Shown one piece after another: positions 10,900-21,432 of a stretch of 56,766 bases of DNA. A program made the position numbers and the translations under genes. Under the pieces are notes generated by a model that saw only the letters and a list, made by a program, of their open reading frames with translations, was not told the DNA's origin and did not search any database. This DNA comes from Guillardia theta CCMP2712 (lineage: Eukaryota > Protista > Cryptophyta). Position 1 is the stretch's first letter. Each line of letters starts with the position of its first letter. The stretch is taken from contig NW_005434665.1 in assembly GCF_000315625.1 (NCBI RefSeq), positions 1 to 56,766 on the forward strand. Reading direction: 5' to 3'.

Positions 10900-12147
10900 C
10901 TGCATAAAAGGTTTCGTGTTGCATGAATAATTCAAATAAAAGCTCACAACTCATACTTTCTTCTAAGCATGTGATTCACATGGACGAATGCACATAACAC
11001 CGATTCCTGTTCATTGTGAGGTTCCACAGACAAAAATCAAGATTAAAATTCACCTCTTCGAAAAGGTTGTTGATGTCTGACATTCTGTTCTAGGTGAAGG
11101 TGTTTGCGATGGTGATTCCCTCCATCACCTCCAAGAATTTCCTGCAACAATTTAATCATCGAAAAACTGGATTAAACAAAATTTTGATCACCTGTGCTCG
11201 TTGTCGTATGCATGCCATATCCATGTAATGTAGAGGTTGCGTCGCTTTACAACGAGCTGTGGAAATACATGCTCTGTGGCAAAAGTGCACAGTCAGCGCA
11301 TTGTAACCGCCTAACTTAGACAACGTAGACTGTGAAAGTAAAAATGATTGATATGCTGGTGGTTCGAATACTGTCGCCTGTATGCGAGCCTGCAAAAATG
11401 TTTGAGACAAGGGCGGACAAAAAAATGCTGATTAAAAGCCTACCACTGGAGCAACACGGTTTGCTCTATCTACAGATCTCATATTTTTATGAAAATACAA
11501 GACTTTGGCAGGCCTGCGCATGTGATTCGTTAGAACATTTGGAATAACACAAAGCTCTAACCGTTTGGGATGGTATAAATGTGATGGCATAGTCTCCATT
11601 GTCTGTTGGATACTCATGAGAATACTGAAACTTATTCACAAGCTAACCGATCGGTGTGTATTCGCTCTCAACGCACTGAGTTGGGTGCAAATCACATATA
11701 CACAGGAACTATAGAACAAAGATAAAAAAGGCATTACCTTTGTGTCCCCATGTTTGATGCATGCTCCTTGTATCGTCTTTCCTGCCACTCAAGCTTTACA
11801 ACCTCGACTTGTTGGAGAAGGCAGGAAATTTTCACAAACCGTCTGGATGGTTTTAGGTTCAAAAGGAGATTTTAGATTGAGATTTAGCTTTGATATCAGA
11901 GGTAAAATCGTATGAAGCGCTGAAGACGAGTCTTGGCCGATATTTTGCACATTGCTTGGAGTGAAATTAGGAAATGAATTTCTAGAAAAACGCTGAACCT
12001 TTCGTCCACTGAGTCATCGGTGGTGGAAGGAGAGGAGAGCTCGTCATCAAACCTATCATATCTGCTCATTCTCTCTTCCGCCAGTCCGCTCTGACAAGGT
12101 CGGTGAACTTCATCCATTTCCAGCCCTCCTACAAACAGACGCGGCAT
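10900..12147 (-). CDS. Hypothetical multi-exon protein (3' end uncertain)
   Basis: MPRLFVGG... from 12147, followed by a chain of short minus-strand frames with splice-like signals. No family recognised. Confidence 0.45.
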
Positions 12148-12290
12148 TCTGCTCCTTGCTAACGCATTACGCTGTTGGGGGGTGGGGTGGGAATAAGGTA
12201 AAAATGGGGTGGTTTCATCAGAGGTGCGCACTGGGAAAAGCGGGGTAGGAAAAAGGGTGAGGGGTGGGTGGGTCATCACGGTGCGAGGAC

Positions 12291-13256
12291 ATGCTGCGAT
12301 CAGCCGTGGCCGCCATGTCGCGCGTCTGCGCTCGCCGTGGGGGATCCTATCCCTCGCTCTCGCGTGCTCAATATCTTACCCATGCTATCTCCTCCAAAAG
12401 CTATGCTGCTCTTCTGCTCCCCCTGCCGGGCTGCAGAACATTGTCTCGAGGACTCGCCACAGGTCCTGGTAACGACAAGCCGACGAGTGATGAGAGGAAG
12501 TCTGCGTCTCAGAATGAACCTCTGCCGAAGATGTCACAGATGAGGAAGACAGTCGTTGCGAAGGGTTCCGACAGATTGTCCAAAAAAAGACCGCAATATG
12601 ATCCGGTAAGACTTGATGCGCATATAGTTTTGTGGCTTACACCAGGGTGGTGCAGGAAATCCTCAAAGCCCTGGAAATAGATCACATTCCTGCCCACATG
12701 ATAGAAGAAACTCTACAAGGAGAATGCATGTCGCTAGAGGATCTCAAGTCTCTTGTTGATGCCGGCTTTCATCAAGGTCTTAGTGATCCGCAGCCTGATC
12801 CACAGCCAACATCGCAGTCAACCGAAGAATGGAGTGAAGATCTTGTTCAACAGCTGAATCCAAAGCGCATGTTCTATCCAGGACAGAGATACAGCCCAGA
12901 GGATCTCTCTCCTCACACTCGCGTCGACTACAGCAAGATTCGAGAGGAAAAGAAGCAAAAAGGTTGTCCTCTTGGAGGAAAAAAAGGACCAAAGATTGAT
13001 TTCACCAACGTCGCCCTGCTCTCAAGGTTTGTCCATATTCTTTGCATTCTTTTTGGTTTTGATAGAGTTTACTCTTCTATACAGATTCCTCACTGATGGT
13101 GGCAAGATCATGCCGCGCAGGAAGACGTTCGTATGCGCAAAGAAGCAGCGAGAACTAGCTCGTTGCGTGAAGCGCGCTCGACAGATGAATCTTATCCCAT
13201 ACATGGGTAAGCTACCTCAGTTTAGGAGACCTGATTTTTTTGCGGAAAATGCTTGA
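12291..13256 (+). CDS. MRPS18: Mitochondrial ribosomal protein bS18 with N-terminal presequence/extension
   Basis: CPL...[12 protein letters not shown]|[38 protein letters not shown]. Arg/Ser/Ala-rich N-terminus; two short introns. Confidence 0.9.
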
Positions 13257-13463
13257 ATGAGGAACCCGGAATCAAATCTTGGTACATTTCTCTCAAGGAA
13301 ATGATAACCAAGGTCAAATAGCTTCTTTGCAGAATAAATATGCATGACCTCTCTACTGTTGTTAAGCACCAGGGGAAAACCAGCAAGCTCGGATACAAAA
13401 TGGGAGGAAAGCTCTCTGAAAGATTATCCCGAAAGTATCATTATCATCAAAAATTGAACATTT

Positions 13464-14569
13464 CTACTCTACGACATTTTCCCTGATGTGTACAATCCTT
13501 TTTCGAAAATGCTCATCTGCTATCAACCATTATGCGCCAAAACAGATTCATGGTATGTGACTCACATGACAGAAAAAAACTTGAGCACCAAACTATCTTT
13601 CTCCAGAAAACTGGAACAAACCCTTTGTACAAGGCACCGACCCCTTCGTTCTTGAATATGGAAGTGAAAGCATGGAACATCCCGCGATACTGAGATATTC
13701 AAGTGAGAAGGGTAAGATGAAGAATAGGAATGAGATGCCAAGAATGATGGAAAGAGACGAGAAGAAGTTGGATAAGGCAAGGGGAGGGGATAGGAATGGG
13801 ATAGAACATAGAGGCTGTGTTGACTGACCTCATGTTGTTGTCCCGCTTGATTCATCAGCCTCGTTTTGACGACATCTGCAGGTGTAGATGTGCTTGCCGA
13901 TGCCAGTCCAGCAATCGCACTGGCCGACAAATGAGCTAGAGGGCCGTCTGTAAACACTCCCTGCGATATTAGCATGTGCTTCGCTTGATCGTATGTTCCC
14001 AACTCAGCTGCACACACCAGGAAGGTCCGTGTAACGTTGGGTCGAATGCCCGCCCAGAACCCAACTATTCCCTCCTGCGACCAAACATCCACCACAAGTT
14101 TCCTCACGCTCGTTGATGACGTATTCCCTTGCATCTTTGTTTTGATCACCTCAGCAGGATTCATCACGGTGATTCCTATCGCTCCTGCCGTCCCTCCAGC
14201 AATAAGTCGATTCATGAACCCAGCGTCGGGCCCTTTTCCACTCATGGCGTCGCGTATTGGCTCGTAGAGGACGAAGCTAAGTCCCGTGTAGCATATCTGC
14301 CGGACCAATGCAGGACCCAACCCCTTGAAGAGAGCTGTCGCTCCTTCCTCCTTGTAGATCAAAATCATGCAGTCCATCATGCCTTTGTACTGGCGAATAT
14401 TTCTTGCTCCGGATTTCTGTAGCTGAAGACGAACTTTGGCGGTATCAATGGGAAGGGTGACGGTTTCAGCTATAGTAGCTCCACCCGTGCTTGCTATCAG
14501 CCTTTCACCCGATGGGCTTAGAAGCGACGCCTGCCATGATCGCCGCCGCCGGTCCTCACCTAACACCAT
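13464..14569 (-). CDS. Mitochondrial carrier, uncoupling-protein (UCP)-like
   Basis: Three PX[DE]XXK carrier signatures (PIDTAKVRLQLQ, PAEVIKTKMQ, PADVVKTRLMNQ), AAELGTYDQAK and GALYKGFVP. Confidence 0.92.
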
Positions 14570-14680
14570 GCCGTCAAATCGATTCCTCAGGTTCGAGCCG
14601 GTTCCTTATATATTCTCTCCGGTTCCTTGGATTGGTTCCTTATATTGAGGAAAAGTTCCTTAGCTGCCTACGCCTGCGCA
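14570..14680. promoter_or_regulatory. 111-bp bidirectional promoter with repeated GGTTCCTT(ATAT)
   Basis: Between divergent ATGs at 14569 and 14681. Motif at 14600, 14621 and 14634, with a variant at 14654. Confidence 0.6.
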
Positions 14681-17600
14681 ATGGCGGATCCCTTCGACCC
14701 TTTTGGACCGACGGCGACGAGCGGAAGCTCCTCGTCGGCGCTTCCGCCTGCAGATCCCTTCTCGAGCTCCTCGTTTTCGCAGCCGACGGTAAGTTTGAGC
14801 ATGATGGTGATAATGAGTGCGAGAGCATGGTGGTGACACGTAGACCCAACTGTTTGTATGCGGAGGAGAGGTTTTCTACTTGCTTATGCCTGACTCGTCC
14901 ATTCTAGAGCGACCCTTTCGGTGGAGGGTTTGACATGAAAGCTTCTGCTTCTTTCTCCAGCGATCCCTTTGGTTTCGGCAGTGCAGCACCAGCAGGCATG
15001 GATCCTTTCGCATCTGCCCCCATGGCAGGAGGAGGGGGTGGTGGCGGTGGCAGCGGCGGCTTTGACCCTTTTGCCGGACAAGCATCTTCATCATCTGATC
15101 CATTTGGCATGGAATTTGGTGGAAGTACACTCACCTCTGCAACACCCGCTCTGGCATCACAAAGTCTACAAGGCCTGGACGCCTTTGGCGCTGTGCCTGC
15201 CCTCTCGAATACGCAGGTGAGGACCTTTTCATTCGCTTGCACCCTCCTAAACCCTAAACCCTCCGTCTTTGCTCGGTTGACTTACATTGTCTCCCATCAG
15301 AATGTTGCGATGGATTTTGGCGGCAACAGCAGCGATCCATTCATGTCGATCTCAAGTAGCTCTTCAAACCAGGTTGCAGCCCCCACCACTGCGTTTTCAG
15401 ATCCTTTCCTTGAGGCATTTGGTGATGCTCCAGCTACTCAAACGACCGCGTCTGCCGCTCCCACCTTGTCCAGCATTGCTTCTTCCTCCTTCGATCCCAA
15501 TCCTGCTCCTGCTGTTACAGCTCAGTCTTCGAGACCGCCAGCCAAGTCTCTTCCTGTGGCTCCAGCTCAAGTTGGCGACCATATCAACGCTGCTTCTGAT
15601 CCTTTTGCTCCTCAACCACTGAAGCAAAATAAGGCTGCTGCTTTTGCTGTCCAAGATTTGTTTGCAGATCCAGCTCCTGCAGCAGCAGCACCCACGTCTA
15701 CAGCTCCTGCTGCAGCGATTCCGAATGTGTCTATGGACGCAAAGACTGCAACGGAATCATCAGTACCAAAGCAACGCGCTCCTGTTCCTCCTGCACAGAA
15801 ACCTGTACAGATCGATTTGTTCTCTGCTCTCGAATCGGAAACAACACCCAAGAAGCCGGTCTCTACTCAGCGAGCTCAAGGGCATGGAAAGACAACGCAG
15901 AGCAAGCCTATGTCTTCTGACATGCTTCTGTCGGGTGGAGGAGGGCCTCTTGCGGGGCAGGGCGGTGTTGTCCTTGAGGTCGTGAAGGGGAATATGCGCG
16001 GAAGCGCAATGTGGAGGAGGTGAGAAACAACCCGGCGGGGAATCCGACCTCTGCTGTCTGACTTCTTCGTGCTGGCAGATTGGAGAAGTTGAAGAGCATT
16101 CCTCCCTCTGCAGGATTGAACATTCTCAAGCACGGAAACGATGCACCCGGTGTCCTCCGTCAGTTTTGTGGAAACAATCTCACATGAACCGCAGGTCTGG
16201 AAGCACAAGCACGTGAAAATCCGACACAAAATATCAAGACAGGGTGAGAAATCTGTTTTGCAAGCGTACCAGCTGCTCTCTGCAGCTTCTCTTACCAACT
16301 TTGCTATCTCTTCAGGTCCGGGAAGGAACCAGATGCAGGTGCGGAGCGGGTGACGAAGGCAATCCGAGCAGCCGACGAAAGGATCTTCGAGCCCTTATTT
16401 GCTTGCCGATCGCTCCAAGACAAGCGAGTGGCTCTTGACGCTGCGATTCGTCTGACCAACAGGTTGACATCGGATCCTGTCATTGGGACGCATAGTGACG
16501 TTTGCTGCTCTAGGGAGATCATTTTGCACATCGTTCTTTGGGTGAGAGAAACATTGAAGCACGATCTTTTCATGGAAGAACTTTCTCTCCGACCTAAGGT
16601 GAAATTCATTCCTGTCTTTCCCTTGTCTGATTTCTACCAGGCCGTGCTTGTATACGCCAATTATTTGCGTGACGCCAAGAGGTGACAAGCAGGATGACGT
16701 GTGGTCCCTGACGATAAGCAGGTGGGAGCAGCTGGAGACCTTTTGGCTCGCTATCAGGAACATCGAGGTTACGCGCTACCGTGATCGCCCGCAGCTTCAC
16801 AGGAACGAGGCTTCGACGGAGCTTGCGCTATGCATGGTTCGACGAGCCTTGTGGGCCTCCACTCCCGACAGTCAAATAGCGGCTCTGAAAGAGGCACGTT
16901 GCTGTCTCGCCTTCAATGCTATCGCATAGTCCTCTCCCTCTGCCCCCCCCTCTCGGCAGCATTGGCTTCTCCCGTCGCTGTTATTTCTCCCGCAAGTCAA
17001 GTGACTGGCTCTCAGGTGGTCGATTTTGCCTCCACTATCCCCAAAGGCAGCATCTTGAGCGGCGGGTCGCATGAGACGGAAGTTGAGATGATCAGTCAGT
17101 ATTGCGTTGAATGGCAAGAACTCATTCGCCGACAAGTGAGAGAAAACATTCACTCCTTCTCATTGCTTTGTACTGCTTTGCTGATAGAGTCACATATTCC
17201 TCTCATTTGCTTTCCATTCTCCGGGTCATTGTTATCTGCTTCTTGGAATATGTTTCCCCCTACAACATCACCATCTTTCTTCGCTGATACATGCACAAGG
17301 TGGAAATCGAAAAGATTGATTTACAGCTGGAAAGCAAGCAGACATCTCATGCTCAGGCTTCACTCACCCATCTAAATTTTGATTATGATAACACTTATTT
17401 CTACAGGAGACCAACCTGTCGAACCTCACGGAGGTCGTTCAGGTGAGAGTTTTGCTGATCCTTGGTGCTGTCTTCATTCTCTTTCAGATTCCTATTTGGA
17501 TCAAGTTTCCTCGCAAGCCTGTCATTGGCATTCCTGTCCTTGAGCTATTGCAGTACCTTGCACTGTATCACCCTAACGACAGGTTGACAAATTAGCTTTT

Positions 17601-18719
17601 TCTTACTTGATGTCATCTTCATCATCACCACCATCACCATCACCACCACCACCACCATCACCACCTGTCCTTTTGAACACCATGTTAGGGAAGAGAATGT
17701 TACATCACCGAAGGGACTCAAGAAGGGCATCAACGTCTCCGAGAAGATGTTTTGGTTTGCAGCCTTCACTTCGCTTGCGAGGTCAGTCCTATGCACTTGA
17801 TCTCCTTTTCGCTACCTTTCTTGTTTTCACAATCTCTGTTGGCTGCCCTTCCCGTGCTCTAAGTCTGGTGCACAGAGCCGGCATCTGGGATGTTGTTCGC
17901 AAGGCAACAGAGTCCAAGTCGATGTTTTCGGGTGCGACGAGGTTTGAACTCGCTGGTCCGCTGACTCCACCCAAGGAAAGACGTCAGAAAAGTCGCCCAT
18001 CGGGTGGAGGCCTCTCTTCAACCTCGTGAGCTCCTCATGCTTCTGCGCTGCTGGGACGTCCTCTGACCTGTCGCTCTAGGCCTACGAGTATGGAGATCCC
18101 TCGAAGGATGCTGACATAAGAAAGCTTGCAATCTACTTCGCTGCACACATGGAGGATAGAGATGAAGCGTAAGAAGAAACCGTGTTCTCTTCCTTTTGGC
18201 TTCCTCCTCACTTCCTTTCAGATACACTTTATGCGTCCAGAAAGGATTGTGGGAGGGCGCCATCCAGGTTCAATCAGCATTGTTCCTTGCTTGCTGTGCT
18301 TACCCTGTCGTCTGCTGCATTCCTTCGCGTCCTCCGTCGGCTCGTCTGACCACGTGACAGGCATGTGTGGACATGAGGGACGAGGACAAGTTGATTGAGC
18401 TCCGCGTTGCCATCACAGAGAGCGGTGAGATCGATACTGCAGCAGTAGAGACGCGGGAGTGAGAGAGGAGCAGGTGGCGAGGTCAGGAGCTTCATTCAGA
18501 TGATCGATGAAGTCTATGCCGACAAGAGGATCAAGTGGAAGACTGACCTCACGGGGGTCACGGTTCTCCTGCTGTCACGGTCCCTGACGTGTCGCTGACG
18601 TGCTACTCCTCTTTCAGCCGACGCTCATGGGATCAAAACGCCTCGCGTCAGTTGGAGGCATCTTCAAGTCTGCCTTCTCCAAGGCTCCCCATCACCCTCC
18701 TGGTGCTCTACTGACTTGA
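14681..18719 (+). CDS. VIPAS39: VIPAS39/SPE-39 (Vps16B)-like protein with a long DPF-rich disordered N-terminus
   Basis: RSLQDKRVALDAA...IILHIVLWVRETLKHDLFMEELSLRP and VIGIPVLELLQYLALYH...SPKGLKKGINVSEKMFW...LAR match my recollection of the SPE-39 core. Many introns. Confidence 0.78.
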
Positions 18720-19053
18720 AAGCAGGTCACCAGCAGTGTTACCGAAGTCCATTCCAAGACCAAGGAGGCGTCGGCTCCATCTACTCCCGTGATTGCAGGC
18801 GGTATGTTCGATGGCACACTCAAGCATGTGTAGGTTGTGCAGGAGCAGCCGAAACGGAACATGGTGTTTGGAGGAGGTCATGCGCGTCTGTGAATGCGGG
18901 ATGGAAATGACAGTCATGCAGGAGCTGGAGGCCTGGTGGAGGATGACTGAATAAAGGCTGGAGGAGCACAACAATGCTGTAGCTGCTTGATGAACAATCC
19001 AATCCGTCTCTTGCCTAAATATAACCCTCCTGCTCTACCGCTCTGCGTCTCCT

Positions 19054-19523
19054 TTACTCAACTCCGCTGATACATCCGAAGGGCTTGCAACCTCCGAGCG
19101 TCTTGTCCACCGCGTGATCCACAACCTTCTTGGCCAGCTGGGGATGGTCGTCCCAGGTAAGGTAACCGGCGTAGGTGCCTGACCCCTGCCACCATCCTTC
19201 AGCCACATACTCCTCATAACTCCTCATACAGCAGTCCACCCCAAACCACAAAGTGCACAGAACAAAAAGCTCAGAAACAAAGCAAAGGCCACTTCCAACG
19301 ACAGGAGTGCACAGAACAAAAAGCTCGCTGGAAATTGCAACTTACACTCTTTCCATTGGTTACTAGGTATCCCGAATCAGAATGCATCTTGACCTTTCGT
19401 CAGTTCGAGTCGGAAACAAGTTTCTTGTGATACCTGGGTAGCATAAATGCTTGCAAAGTGATCGTTGCCGTAGTAACCCTTGGTAGAGTTCAAAAGCTCG
19501 AACATCCTGAAGACAGAAGCCAT
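19054..19523 (-). CDS. Small hypothetical protein (~95-100 aa, 3 exons)
   Basis: MASVFRMFELL...YATQ | MHSDSGY... | ...EEYVAEGWWQG...CKPFGCISGVE*, with GT..AG introns. Confidence 0.55.
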
Positions 19524-19985
19524 GAGCAAACAATGTGACAACAAACGTTGAGACCGAGTATCATTATCCAAACCTATACTATCTCAAAGAGCAACAAGAT
19601 ACGACCCGACCGCCTCAATATCCTCCTCACATATGATTTTCTATAACAATTCCAATCTCCCATGTCTTCGAATGCTCAAACATACTTCTCTTCCATCCAC
19701 TGCCCCTCCTATCTCTCTCCATTTCTTGGCGTTGACGTTGTTTGTTCCCCTAGATACTCATTTCTTTCTTGGCTGCTCTTGCATGAATATTCATCGACTG
19801 CCTCCACTTCTTCTTCTCACTCTTTCATCGCACTTGCTCGGTCTTCTCTTCTGATCTCCTGTCCTCTGCCATTCAATCATCATCTGTTGCCATGAGGTTT
19901 TTCTGCTCTATTTTGGGTGTCATGGCGAGTGGGCCTGAGCGGGGATGAGTCACGAGAGGTTGGTGAGGCGGGTGGACGGCAAGCA

Positions 19986-20901
19986 ATGCTTCCGGTCGGG
20001 GCAGTCGTTGCCTTCTCGGCCATGGTCCTCAAGGCGAAGAGCGCGTGGGTAGTGGGAGCAAGTGACATGAGCAAGAAGAAAGTCAGAGTGAGTGTACTCC
20101 CTCTCCTCCTTCCTCCGCTTCTCGCTCCCTCTCTTTTTATCCCTCTCCCTCCCTCCTTCCGTGTTTCTTCTACACACCTCTCATTCTTCCCTATCCTATC
20201 AGAAGGACCCTTGGGCCTTGCCCGTGGATCTGACGACTGAAGAAGAGAAGCGAAAGGCTGCACAGCGAGTGCTTGAGGCTGCGGAGTCATCATCACATGA
20301 TCAGCAACTTCATGCTCGCAAGGATCAGCAACTTCATGCTCGCAAGGTTGTCGTGAAATCGAAGCTCCCTCATCGGTCGTTGGCCAATGATCAAGTCAAC
20401 GCGCCACATGTCAGCTTGCATCAGACTCGATCGCCCTTTGTTTTTCCTATTGACACCTCCAACATCGCCAAATTCATGGCAGAAAGCAAAACTCCGTTCA
20501 ATGCATTCTTGATCACAGAAAACAAGGAGACGCCAGAATGGTATAAGATTTTTGCATCTGAGAATGATGGTGTTTGCACTTTTGGGGAGATACGATGTAC
20601 AGATGACCAGCTGATGAAGAGCTTTGCTATCTCCATTACAGATCCTCTTCCCGTGATCATCGTTATGACTGGATATGCTGAGGCGATCAAGGCATGGCGC
20701 TTGTACAGTTTTTCGCTTTTCATGTACAAGCCGAACGAGGGAATGGAATCATTTTTTGCCTACAAGTCTGCGGCGCTGACCCCCGAGAGCCTCATGAGCT
20801 GCCTTGACAAGGCCATTCGCGTTGACACGAAGCTGAGGGACGGGCAGTCAGCCATGCTGTCTACGCGATCTGAGCAAGACAAGGGCGGGAAATGGTATTG
20901 A
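19986..20901 (+). CDS. Hypothetical protein with a non-catalytic thioredoxin-like fold
   Basis: Long ORF 20092-20901 plus a short first exon. ...NAFLITENKETPEWYK...TFGEIR...LMKSFAI...LPVIIV resembles a PDI b-type domain; no CxxC. In-frame 24-bp duplication DQQLHARK x2. Confidence 0.65.
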
Positions 20902-20950
20902 ACCTCTGCAAGGAGGAATCGAGGAGCAGGCAGAGAAGCAGCAGAGACAT

Positions 20951-21298
20951 GCGGAAGTTGCAGGAGAGTTTCTTTCGCTGCGGAAGTTGCAGGAGAGTTT
21001 CTTTCGCTGCGGAAGTTGCAGGAGAGTTTCTTTCGCTGCGGAAGTTGCAGGAGAGTTTCTTTCGCGGCGGAAGTTGCAGGAGAGTTTCTTTCGCTGCGGA
21101 GGTTGCAGGAGAGTTTCTTTCGCTGCGGAAGTTGCAGGAGAGTTTCTTTCGCGGCGGAAGTTGCAGGAGAGTTTCTTTCGCTGCGGAGGTTGCAGGAGAG
21201 TTTCTTTCGCTGCGGAGGTTGCAGGAGAGTTTCTTTCGCTGCGGAGGTTGCAGGAGAGTTTCTTTCGCGGCGGAAGTTGCAGGAGAGTTTCTTTCGCG
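20951..21298. repeat. 29-bp tandem array x12 (GCGGARGTTGCAGGAGAGTTTCTTTCGCK)
   Basis: Exact period 29; only two polymorphic positions. Confidence 0.97.
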
Positions 21299-21432
21299 GC
21301 GACAAACATCTGGAGATGCGGAACAAGACGTTTTCTCATGGGTACGGCCTCCAGTATGACTGTGACCCTCCCGTAAGTTCACAAAGACTCTCAATGTTTG
21401 TCAGTATTACCACATGAAGGATCCACCACGGT

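Noticed and set aside
14585-14610. GGTTCGA T-loop-like words suggesting tRNA (also near 7455, 11361 and 52667)
   Set aside because: No T-stem pairing or cloverleaf.
20760-21417. Six overlapping ORFs over the 29-bp array
   Set aside because: All frames are open only because the unit has no stops; there is no evidence for any one frame.
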